Assembly: GCA_002633005.1 (NCBI GenBank)
Contig: NMRA01000651.1
Coordinates: 102,956 to 166,955, forward strand
Source of the DNA: Phoronis australis
Lineage: Eukaryota > Animalia > Phoronida
Reading direction: 5' to 3'
DNA length: 64,000 nucleotides
Positions 53,002-64,000 of the stretch are shown in pieces. The position numbers and the translations under genes were made by a program. Position 1 is the first letter of the stretch; each line of letters opens with the position of its first letter. A model generated the notes under the pieces. It was not told where the DNA came from and made no database searches. It saw only the letters and a list, made by a program, of their open reading frames with translations.

Positions 53002-53693
53002 TACAACAGCAAAGCGTTGCCATGCGCCTACAGTGTATTGCAATCGGTATGCTTCTACTTTTTTTACAATTTTTATGAAATACATTAACTCAGTCATACT
53101 GAACTATTTCAAGAATTAATCTCAGAACCACAGCAATCGCACTTAGTAAAGAGGCAGGTGTGACATTTGTTCTCAGTAATACTGAGACCAAAATGACCAC
53201 TAGGAGGTGCTGTGTTAGACAATTCACAATCGCATACCTCTGTCGAGTTTCATTGAAATCCATCAATTGGTTCTCTAGATATAATATGGAAATGCTCTTC
53301 TTGAAAATGGTCACTAGGAGGTGCTGTGTTAGATGAATTCTCAATCGCATACCTCTGTCGAGTTTCATTGAAATCCCTCAATTGGTTTTCTAGAAATAAT
53401 ATGGAAATGCTCTTCTGCAAAATGGCCACTAGGAGGTTCTGCAGTGGTCGAATACTCCCGAAAATCTATCAGTGTTGGCACATTAACTACATATAATTCT
53501 GTGTCAAGTTTCATTGACATCCATCAAATGGATATTATTCAGAAACACTCTTCACACAAAAAATACTGAAAAGGCATGCCCCCTGACCCCAGGGGGAGGT
53601 TGCAGATTGAAAAGAGGCACAACATAATGATAAATCGTCGTGAGAGACCGTCCGGAGTTGGTATATGGTGCAACTCCGGATGGTCTGGGCTAA
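53002..53693 (-). mobile_element. HINE-like element between the two convergent stop codons
   Basis: CCACTAGGAGG repeats at ~115 bp spacing; hairpin CCGGAGTTG...CAACTCCGG at one end; GTAGGCGCATGGCAACGC 3'-type end on -. Confidence 0.55.
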
Positions 53694-54187
53694 ACAGAAA
53701 ACCATAGTTCTACTGCGAGTCTACACCAATGTGATAAACGAGAGTAGTTCTACTTGCCGCATCAGCTGCAGGTATCATTATCTTTTTTATGACAAACAAC
53801 ATGTGACTGGGCAAAGCCTTTTCAAATTAGTGTAGATAATCCAGTGGAGCGCGAGACCCCTGAGGTCCCTGTCAAGTCCTCACAACAATTACATGTTATG
53901 CACCGTAGTGATGCCATACACCCTTGAGCCAAATTTCATCAAAATACAACCAAGAATTTTTGTGATATCGACCACACAGCCAGACAGGATAACAATATGC
54001 AACCACATATGTATGTGTGCGCAAAAATATTAGTGAATTTCAAAAACAATGTTCCTTGGTCATAAAGCTTTGCCCAGGCCCAAAACTGACCAGAAAAGTT
54101 ATAGCGGTTTTATTTCAAAACGCACACGATCAAGTTGTTAACATTTTGTACTGCACAAAACAAATTCAGTACTTGAGGATACCGTTA

Positions 54188-54444
54188 AATGCGCGCACCC
54201 AAGCTAAAAACGGGGTGCTCGAATTTTTCAGACTGTGGACCTTTTACTAAGATTCATGTGGTACGTTCAGAGCTATGAATTGTGCATTCTCCGATTTTTG
54301 TTAGTTCCTGCCTTTTTAGTGGAACTTTGTCTCGTTTTCTTTTTTCAAAGTTTTTGTTTCTCTGAGGTGGACCTTTTGCCCACTTTGCCAAAAAATGGGG
54401 GGCTCGTTTGAGCTCCCCGAGCCCCCCCCCCTGGGTGCGCGCAA
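54188..54444. mobile_element. Second copy of the 59657 MITE family, opposite orientation
   Basis: ATGCGCGCACCCA ... CTGGGTGCGCGCA with a G/C-run subterminal region. Confidence 0.7.
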
Positions 54445-54787
54445 ACATGATTTCACCCAAAACTGATTGTCATATACAGTTTCACAACATATTCCATCTC
54501 CCCTGAGAGATAAAAGCATTATTAATCAGCTATATAATATATAAGTGCCATAAACTGTATAGGGTGATTCAAGAACTGTCTTTCCACACAGCCATCGCTT
54601 AAATTGCCCAACGTGGCAAGTAGAACTGAAGATTATGAAAACACAAGTTTTCAAACTTGCTCAAAGAATTTGAGTGAAGACAGTAACGGTAATTTTTGTT
54701 TCTATAGTAAGTTTTGAGTGATCTATAGGTAATATCCTATAGCACAGTAAATTTAGTAGCCCAACAACTGTATCCAACCCCTGTACT

Positions 54788-54916
54788 TTACAAGTCTGTA
54801 TCCTCCTCGAGGCCCTCTTGGCTGTACACTGGGTTCTCAAATGCAGTAGTGCCATTGGTGAAAGAGATCTCTGGGATAGCTTTGCTGGGATCTTGGAAAA
54901 ATGTGGGTTCGTGCTC
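54788..54916 (-). CDS. Last coding exon with FENPVY motif
   Basis: ttttcag|GAG...TTG TAA; EHEPTFFQDPSKAIPEISFTNGTTAFENPVYSQEGLEEDTDL*. Confidence 0.87.
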   Translation of the reverse strand, partial: EHEPTFFQDPSKAIPEISFTNGTTAFENPVYSQEGLEEDTDL

Positions 54917-56527
54917 CTGAAAAGTGAAAATGGCATAATTTACGACACTGTAAATACAGCAATGACAACAGGAACACAAGAGAAAGTATGATTAGTCTCT
55001 TATATGCTGTCTATTGGTAATAGTCTGACCAACAGGTGGCATGTCAGGGATGAACAGTACTTCTCTCATTGCACCAATAAAAACATTTTAACAAATAGTA
55101 ACACCATTTTTAAATGGTAAAAATGGTGTTACTATTTACTACTTTAAAAAATTTCTTTCAGATTTCAACCATCACTTGAAAATTAGAGAATTTGACATAC
55201 TCTAACTTATTCAGCCAATTTTTCACAGAATAGACCACTGCATATAAGGCACACCATGAATAAAATGCTTACAAGTCATGCATTTCTAAAGATATGCAGG
55301 AATTTTAACTGCCCATCATTCTAAGTGGCTTTTACCATAAAGAAAGCATGCCCGAGTCCGGAGTCCCATACAGTTGTGTAGATTGCATTGTCCAGTGCAA
55401 GCAAGACCCAATAAGTGTAATTACCCGACCATAAACTGTAGTAAACATCTCTGCCTGTACATAACGTCCAATTTTCAAAAATGCATTAACCAATAATTTT
55501 CGTTAAAAACGAACACCACAGCGGTATTCAGCTCGAAAAAAAGTAAAGTTTACAAATTTTAAAAATCGAACTAATAAGCTAAAAGCTACAAGCATTGGGT
55601 GCGACTGAAGATAAACAACCGTGCGTATTAATATACTAGGTGGATTTACAAATGAACGCTGATCAGAGTTAACAATATCACATAGATTAATATTCTTTCA
55701 ATCTCGTTTAACCATATTTTTGACTAGAAAACAGTTGTATTTAACTTGCGCCCACTCTTCATTTTTTTTAACGGACAAAAAGGTAGAATAGTTATGTAGT
55801 CAGTGCAACCGAAATTGTCCAGATTCCAAATCTTCAGTTTGGCTATCACCATATTTTGCACTTTTGTACATATATTATGATTTGGGTTCACAATTAACTA
55901 AACTAATGAAGTTTCGCTGGTGATCAAAATCTACCACTGTTTTGGTACATCAAGATTAAAAATGAAATAAAAAGATATCAACCCATTCCCGGTAAGAAAA
56001 AAAAACAAGTGGACAGGAGTTTTAAAAATGAAATAATGAAAACCGGTATGAATCATTTAAAACCATTGTTCATTTGGGAAATGGACCTTGGTCAAGATAA
56101 ACACAAATTAACTTTTTAGTCATTTTGTAATATTTAAAATGTACCAAATTAAAATTACTCTCCACAGTTGCAGGTTATATCTCTGTGCAAATGCCAGAGA
56201 AAAACAATTTGGGTGTAATAACAACCATCATTGTTGAGAGAGTGCTAGCTATTACCTTTCCATTTCGTTAGCTCAGATCTACATCAATACAAAGGGCGTG
56301 CTGAATAGGCATTGTAAAAATTGTCTGGGGCTAAGGGAATCTGAGTGGTGACCAGTGTAAGCAAGAAATTCTCCACATAGAAGATAAAATAATTCTACAC
56401 TTTTGTCTAGAACAATCTGTCTGGAACAGGAAAGAATTTGGATCAAAAGCACATGCACAAATGAAGAGGTAATCAGAGTACACATTATAGAGAGACATTC
56501 TAAAGCTATGGCTGATGCTATACTTAC

Positions 56528-56681
56528 CTTAGACACAGGACTGTCATACATGGGATTATCAAAACCTCTAAGGGCAGGATCCAAGTCAACCACGCCATTA
56601 TCAAAACTAACTGAGGGACCCAGCTCAATCTCTGTCGATTTGCAGCTTGGATTGATAAATGGCAAAAATGGCATTCCTTGC
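56528..56681 (-). CDS. Cytoplasmic-tail exon with FDNPMY motif
   Basis: tttcag|G CAA...AAG|gtaagt; QGMPFLPFINPSCKSTEIELGPSVSFDNGVVDLDPALRGFDNPMYDSPVSK; phase fits the TM exon. Confidence 0.88.
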
Positions 56682-57102
56682 CTGAAACAAGTTGCAAAAT
56701 TTGTTTTAAGAAAAATGATAATTGTGTTGTCTAATTAACTATTTACTTAATTGTCGGTTCCAGTTCCTGGTGCAAGCAAACCATCTCGTAAAGCATGCAA
56801 TTCCTGTGACAGCTGGTTTTAGGAAAGAGTGTTTTGATTCCTCACAGATGATAAAAATATTTCAGTCACATAAAAGTTATAGGCCATATATATCACACCA
56901 TCACAGACTTATGTATTAAATGTTGAACAAAGATTAATTTTGACATATAAAAACTCACAATAATTAGATGGACAAAATTTGAAATTTTTAGCACCTCAAT
57001 CCTTATGTTCAACCATACCCATAGTGCAGAAGCGTAATCTGATTAAGTGTAAAATTCTGAGGATGGAGACCAAGTGTACATGTAATTTCAAAAGTGGCTC
57101 AC

Positions 57103-57208
57103 CTGCGTCTGTAGAAGAAGCAGGCAACAACAGTGAGAATGGTGAGAATGAGGATGACTCCAATAACAATACCAACTATACTGCCACTGTTCATGGATGA
57201 TGGCTTAC
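57103..57208 (-). CDS. Transmembrane exon of a type I membrane protein
   Basis: gacgtag|GT AAG...CGC AG|gtgagc; KPSSMNSGSIVGIVIGVILILTILTVVACFFYRR(R): hydrophobic helix plus basic stop-transfer residues. Confidence 0.88.
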
Positions 57209-57695
57209 CTACGTCAAACAAAAATTGCGTAGAAAATACAGTAAACACATTCTGTTGCAAACAACCCATTTTAGTAATATGGAGAAGTCGGCCCACAATT
57301 CAATAGCTACAACTAAGCCAAAAGTATCAAAATTTCAACACATATTTTACAGCTCAAATACTATGTTGGTGACCCCTAATTTTTTAATTTCGCAGCAAAC
57401 GTGGGGCATCAAAATAAAAATCATGTTAAATTCAAGGTACTCCGAGTCAAGAAAAAACGTTTTCTTACACCACCATAAGAAAATCATTAAGCCCGAGGAA
57501 ATGTAATTAATCAGGCAACGGAAATATCAATTAATAATTTGAGGTGCGGCTTCTCAGTAAGCCATCTAAACTTCCCCTTTTTCCAGAAATGTATCTGTTT
57601 AAGTGGCTGTAATGGAAAAGCTAATTCAGTTACACCCATATTATTTCAGATATGTAGTTTTTAAAAAAACGTCAAATGCCCTTAATTGAGCATCA

Positions 57696-58444
57696 GGGCA
57701 GTTCCAGCAAAATCTGTATGGGAGGGGGGGAAGGCACTTTTATGTCGTACCCACCGCCCATATTTTTCATGCATTTCTCCAACCCATAATTTTTTAATTA
57801 TTTTAATAGGTTAAAATATAAAATCCAACACTTGCAAACAAATTGCCTCCAGGAGGACCTGTTAAGAACTTAGATGATTGACAGACAAGAACTAGTTGTC
57901 TTGTCCAATATTGTCAAAAACTAAAGTAGCCTGTGAGCAATACTTTTGGCAGTCACCAGGTGTCTCTGTTCACCATGTGTCTATAACTTCAATGAACATT
58001 TTTTCAATTATAAGGATCTATGAATCTCAAACTGTCTCCATGAACTCTTTTATACTTCTATATCAAGTGAATATTGGAACTTGTTTATCTTACTCCTCAT
58101 ACTTTTTATTTAAAAATCATCAATTTTCTTATATGTGTTAACACCAGTTTAGTGTTGCATATTCAATTCAATGGGACTGCAGACAAACAATTAGCTCGAA
58201 TCAAGTTGCCCATGACTTGATTAATGGCTTAGTGAACATATTGCACTCTGTTCACTGGCAATATGGGCTGAAGCAACCAACCTGTCAACATTACCAGGTC
58301 AAAAAATACCACCCATTTTTAACCCATCACTTCTTACAGGAACGACCACCCATAATTTGAGTCTTTTTCTGAAGGCCACCACCCATGAATTTTTATTTCT
58401 ACTGCCGTCCCCCTCCTCCCACAGGGATTTTACTGGAACAGCCC
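57696..58444. mobile_element. PIF/Harbinger-like MITE
   Basis: TCA|GGGCAGTTCCAGCAAAATC ... GATTTTACTGGAACAGCCC|TCA, 3-bp TSD; a related right end lies at ~61140-61236. Confidence 0.75.
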
Positions 58445-58939
58445 TCAGTATTTCTGGGTCATTCTCTATCATTAGTCTAAGCACCATATTGCTGTGAGTA
58501 TTCATATCACATCATGAAACTGTAATGCACAATTGAAAGAAATATCAATTATTTGGATTACCCATCTTGTATTTTAAAGTGTTTAGACAGTTTTTGTGCA
58601 GCTGAAAGTCCAAGTTTTGGTTGGCAGGAGCAGTAGGCCCTACAACTCATTAGGGTGTTGTCCAGTTGTCCCCAACTAATGTTGGATCAGATAGCAAAGG
58701 AACAAGTTGGCTGGTTGACCAATGTTGCCAATATCTTACACAATTGATTAACTCCATTGTGGTATTTATGATAGGAGGGCCAGCTTTCTTTCCTTCAATA
58801 GTTGTTATAACAGGGGATAAGATCCTATCAAGCCAGACAGGGCTGTGTTGTTAAAAATAAAAGATGGAAGATGTGATTTCAGACAAAATGTGAACATCTC
58901 ATCACGAAAGTTGAGAAATAACTTAAAACGACACTCCAT

Positions 58940-60757
58940 AGACCTAATTCACGCCGACAGGAGGCGTGTTCCAAAACGAGGCTCGCTACGATAGCTCCGT
59001 TGGCTTATTGGCATACTGGTTGTATTCCGTGTTGTTCGAAACGGCTAAAAAAATACGGACACTCAACTTTCTGTTTTACAATCCCTAAGGACGTTAAGAT
59101 TCGGAAGCGTACGTTGGGTCCTTGCCATACGCCGCGACGAAGGAAAATATGGCCGCGTAAAATTTCTAAGTGTTTTCGAAAAGTTTGTTCATATTTTGTT
59201 GCATCTTGGTTGCCAAGCATCACGGCAACGACCGGAGAATGTTCGGCCAGTCATGCTGTGTTCATGACTACGGATTGAAACATGATGCATTTTTCTTCCC
59301 AAAAAAGGACAGGGCCCTCAATTCCTCGATTTTGGGATCGCATATTGGCCATATTCCCCTCTCAAAAATAATGAAAAATCCCCCGAAATTCCCTCCACGA
59401 GGCCTAAAAATTCCCCTAGTGATTGAAAACTTCTCTCCGAAGTTCAAATAACCTGTAACCACACAGGTGACAGAGCCTGTGAGACCTTGCAACAGGACGG
59501 GGATGCTGATCGCGAGGTAGATTTTGCCCCGCACTCGGCAAAAAAAAAAGGTACAGGCACCTTTCCCCTCGGATGAACGAGGCCCCTGAAGAAACATAAC
59601 TTTTCTTACTCTGTCCAGTTAACTGAAATTGAGCTCTAAAACAAGGTTATGCTTTGCATGCACGCACCCAGGGGGGCTCGGGGGGCTCGAATGAGCCCCC
59701 CCATTTGGCGAAGTGGAGAAAAAGGTCCGCCTCAGAGAAACAAAAAGTCCCAGATAACGAGACAAAAAGTCCACTAAAAAGGCGCAAACGCACAATGCGC
59801 AGCTCTGGACGTCGTACCCCATTTTTTTTATTCCTTCGGCAGCTTTTGTCGGTAAAAAGTCCACATTGGCGGAAATTCAAGCCCCCATATTAAAGGCTGG
59901 GTGCGCGCATGCTTTAGACGAATGAATTAGGTGTTTTGATTTTAAAATTCACTGGTCCAGATTGATAGTTGAAACCTACCATATGAAATAGACGTCAGAA
60001 TTATTAAAACCAGGACAGCAGAATTGATGGTCAAATAATTACTTGTAAATGTGTGCAAGGGAGTGAATGAAAACCTGCATATAATGCGAAAGCGATTGCT
60101 TGGGCTGTGCTCGTTTTTTTAATTTAAAAAATGGTCTAATAAATTTTTATTTACGAGCCTGTTTTTTTTATTTTAATAAAAATATAATATTTAATAACAT
60201 CAGTTATTATTTCAGATGAATGACAAATCAACTGCTAGTCCCGGTAGTCTCTACCTCACCAGGACCTAGGCTATGTAATATTCTTGATCAACAAATTAAA
60301 CCAGATGTGACTAATTGCACATGACAGGAAAATGCTATAAGCCACCACTGTCGAATATATCTTCAACTCGTCAACAATACAAGCAGATGACCTGAAGAAA
60401 GCATTATTATCAACAATTTACAAGAAGAAACGTAACCACGTAACCCTGCATTCAGCATAATACCTAATCCGTAACACTACGATCGCCACAGTTTGGTCAT
60501 ATCTACTTTTCATGTTTCGGAACCTAGTTTTCCGAAAAAACTTATACTCTTTTGTCAGACAACTTTTTGATGCATTGACTTGTTCTCCAATGTATTTTTC
60601 TACGTCTCTGAGGTTAATTATCGACACATTTTTAAGATTTAATATCCAGGTTGGACTCGAAAGACCGGCCATTTAACCTACGCAATGTCAACTTCAGCTT
60701 TGTTTATCGCAGTGAGCCTCGCTTTGGATTTTAATGTCCGTCGCGTGAATTAGGTCT
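58940..60757 (+). mobile_element. ISL2EU-like internally deleted element
   Basis: AT|AGACCTAATTCACG ... CGTGAATTAGGTCT|AT; frameshifted THAP remnant at ~59020-59197 (CIPCCS..FTIPKD..IR..AIRRDEG..KVCS) and opposite-strand ORF 60418-60672 (W..NL...KSCLTKEYKFF). Confidence 0.7.
59657..59911. mobile_element. Small TIR MITE nested in the ISL2EU-like element
   Basis: CATGCACGCACCCAG ... CTGGGTGCGCGCATG; flanks CTTTG/CTTTA. Confidence 0.75.
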
Positions 60758-61264
60758 ATTTTGCAATTTCACCCAAACCTCATTCTGACCTATGTTAATG
60801 CACTTTCTGTGTCTCAGATGAATAATAAAAGCAGTACAAGTATTTTTATCTCCGTGTCATATGATGGGTCCTATTGTGTTTACACATATTTATTGTTTCA
60901 CTTTAATTGCCCTAAAGCGGTAATCACACATGACAGTTTAGGAGGCTTTTTAAAAACTTTTCAAATTTTCTCCAAATTTTAAAGAGCTAACTAGGGTTTT
61001 AAAGTATTATTTTATATCAAAGTTACATAGGAAAGCCATTGTTGATATCTGTATATTGGCCAAAACCATATTAAGTACTCTTCAAAGGAGCTAAACACAA
61101 TGAAAAAAACTTTTGAGTGGTTGAATTACAAAGTAATTAAATAATTGGGCGGACGGTAGGGAAATTACAAGACAAAAAAGGTTTTAAGTGAAAAAAGTCC
61201 CTTCATGGCTTCCATACAGATTTTCTTGGAACAACCCTAAAACAATTAAGTACGATGCAACAAA

Positions 61265-62862
61265 CAGGGCTTGGAATGACCCATGACAAAAAAGAGGAAA
61301 ATTTTACGGCCCTAGATACACATTTCAATCTAAACCATACCTCAACAGATTGAAAGTTACTGTGTCATGTTGGAAAAAACGCACTCATCTTAAGCAGTCC
61401 TTGATATCTATTTCAGCAACAACAATGAAGGCAATTAGATGCAACAAAAAATATTTTTTAAAATTAAAATAACGATAATGATGAAAAATTTGCAGTCTGA
61501 GTGGCAGGAGCTTATTCTTGATTTGTTGCACTGAGGGAGACCAATAAAATCATTTTCAATTCTTATAATTACGATACAAAATTACACAGAAAATGAAAAT
61601 CGATCCATAGATTATCTAGAAAACCTGAAATACCTACAAATTTAATTCCAACAAAAATTTTAATTCCAATGCAAATGAAAAAAATTCAAGACGAAAACCT
61701 GTGGCTCATACCCCAACTGTTAGCATGGAAAAATGAAAGTCAAAAACAACATAGTTTATAGAATGCATCAATCACAATCCTAAGTTGGCCAAACAGTAAT
61801 TAGAGGAGTTAATTGTTCATAAGCCACGCTGGTGGAGAAGAAACTATGTGACATAAGAAATAACTATCACCGAGGACACTGAAAATAGTCGGGCAGAATT
61901 TTTAAACAATGGCTTAGTCCAATCAGATCATTCAGAATCTGTCGCGTGATCACTTCTCTAAAACTGCAAAACTCGAATCACAAAATAGAACACGAAAAAT
62001 GTCAAAATAAATTGAAATACATAAAAGGCGATTTAAACTCATTTGCAGTAACGAAAATAGCACTTTGTATCCCGGTTTCGGCGGCACGTAGAAAATCGCA
62101 CCCAAGCGGTCAGGCCTAGACTTAGGCTTAGGGGCTTAGCAGTCAACGGCAATGGGCGTGCCTTTGGGATCAAACAAAAGAATTTCATACATCGCTCACA
62201 TCACACGATTCCAATCCAAAGAATAACCGGTTACGGTTGAATTTCCTTTCAGGAAGCGTTGTTATTTCTAGAGTTTCATTGTTTTCAGTCGGTCCTCCGA
62301 CTCCCAACTTAGTCCGAGGCGACTCGCCGACGCACTCCATAATTGTTCCTCTCTCAAAGTTTACAGAACACAAACCTTGACTTATGTTGTTTGTGAAGAC
62401 ATTGACCATTAGTTTATCCACTTTTCCATGAAATATTCTGTCTACTCCACGCTCAACGCATTTTTGACCGCAGAATCGCACTATTTGTCGCCGTGATTTT
62501 ATACCAAATGCAGATGCCATTGATGAACCACACTATCCCTGAGACACAGGCGCTTGAATTTAACAGTTCCTCGATTGTCTCTGACGTCACTAACTACTAA
62601 GAAAGCATGTTTCTTGTATATGGTTACAAGTCATCGCGAAATTCGAGCGCCTGTGATCCACAATTACAATTTTCGTTCCTCCGAAACATAAAGAGCAGTT
62701 TCCGCTTTTCGAGCCGTCAGCAACGCCGCGCTGAGAAACCAATTTGCCGCGATAATTGTATGGCAAATCCGATTTTTTCCGCGGAAGTATAACGAAAATA
62801 CGCGGAGGGAATAAAAGAAAAAAAGCAGAAATTCGCATTTCCGCGGAAAATTCCAAGCCTTG
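61265..62862 (-). mobile_element. Longer member of the same hAT-like family, 6-bp TSD
   Basis: AACAAA|CAGGGCTTGGAATGACC ... AATTCCAAGCCTTG|AACAAA; subterminal regions shared with the 34476 copy. Confidence 0.85.
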
Positions 62863-63243
62863 AACAAACCATTAATGTCTTCTCAATAAAAAGTCAAAGC
62901 ACTGTTTTGATAAAAACTTACTTTTTTGAGGCGCAGGTGTTGGAATGACTGGTTCGTCCTCAGACAGGATCAAGGTCAGTGATACCAGCCCAAATCTACG
63001 GTCGCCTTTGATGTCTAAAAAATAGTTAAGCTACACTGCACTACAAAATAGACTACATTGCACTACAAAATAGTTAGGCTACACTGCACTACGAAATAGG
63101 CTACACAGCACTACAAGAGACATAAAGCATAAGACTGCCAAAGTTTTGCCTGCATGTAATGTTTTCCAATTGCAGGCAGTAATGATTTCTTCATGCTATG
63201 AACATTCCCACTAAATAAGATTGGTCCTAACCCCAGTGGTTAA

Positions 63244-64000
63244 GGTAAACGGTAGGGTATGGAAAATTGAACTAGACCGTATTCATCCACCTTGGCTGAG
63301 TCGCGCTCGGCTCAAGATCAAAGGGATGCCGCCAAGCTGCTCTAGTCATTGAGTCACGAGCGAGGATAATTGGCTTCGCTCATGCGGATACGATCAGCTG
63401 ATTACAATCTAGCTAGCAGACTGTACTTTTTATGGAGAGGGTTTTACGTAGTTTTTACTGTAATATTTGAAAAGAGGAGCGAAAACAAATATGAGTACAA
63501 CTTTGAATTTTTCAAATCGGCCCAGGATAAGAGATTTTGCAACACAGCATCACTCACGATTACTTTCATTCGGCGCGCATTAATACAAAAATATAGGACC
63601 CAAGTTATTTAGATTTTGGAACACATGCATTGCAATCATATTCAAAATACGTTTATTATGAATCTTACAAGCTGTAAAACGACGTTGTTAATTTCATTGT
63701 GTTCATTCATTGTCTTCCGTCAAATTGGCAATTTCCGAGATGTGATCTGCGGCGTGCGCGTATGTGTACAAAACACGTGATTGTTATGTTCCTGAAGTAC
63801 GAAAATTAAGAAGGCTTTAACATGCCGTTATTATTGACAGGGACACGATAAAACGAATTTGAATTTTGACTATAGTCTTGATACAGCGATCTGACTGACC
63901 AATGCGTCAGTGTCTCCGTTAGACCCAGAAATTTCACACAGCCCGGGTAGTTCATTTCATCCCCAACATGTAGATCGAGCCTTGGACTATTAATACTCCA
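63244..64000 (+). mobile_element. Probable TTAA-type element running off the window end
   Basis: TTAA|GGTAAACGG start; 63915-63953 matches 18140-18176 and 25682-25715 (CCGTTAGA...AAATTTCACA...CCGG...GTAGTTC). Confidence 0.45.

Noticed and set aside
56256-56278. Extra micro-exon of the membrane-protein gene
   Set aside because: About 23 nt, immediate in-frame stop, and the flanking exons already join in phase
58561-58640. Candidate upstream exon of the membrane-protein gene
   Set aside because: A donor of suitable phase exists, but the acceptor is weak and the peptide is unrecognisable

Overview
Eukaryotic (animal, probably marine bilaterian invertebrate) genomic DNA, AT-rich, with two assembly gaps (4005-4409, 41802-42105). 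The + strand carries the last 11 coding exons of CPSF2/CPSF100 (38439-52342, spliced in frame by hand to the stop codon). No upstream CPSF2 exon could be found in 1-38438, which looks like one >38 kb transposon-packed intron. On the - strand, convergent with CPSF2, are the last three exons of a single-pass type I membrane protein whose tail has two FxNPxY motifs. The rest is a dense, often nested set of mostly non-autonomous elements: Helentron/DINE-like (HINE) elements, Kolobok-, ISL2EU-, hAT-, Harbinger-, Tc2/pogo- and Crypton-like DNA elements, a decayed CR1/L2-group LINE, tRNA-like Pol III heads and many tandem repeats. The most notable signal is that the internal ~145-160 bp repeats of the HINE family each carry a CTCF-consensus motif, so this element may spread co-oriented arrays of insulator-like sites. 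TE superfamily calls come from termini, TSDs and motifs read by eye, not from database searches.
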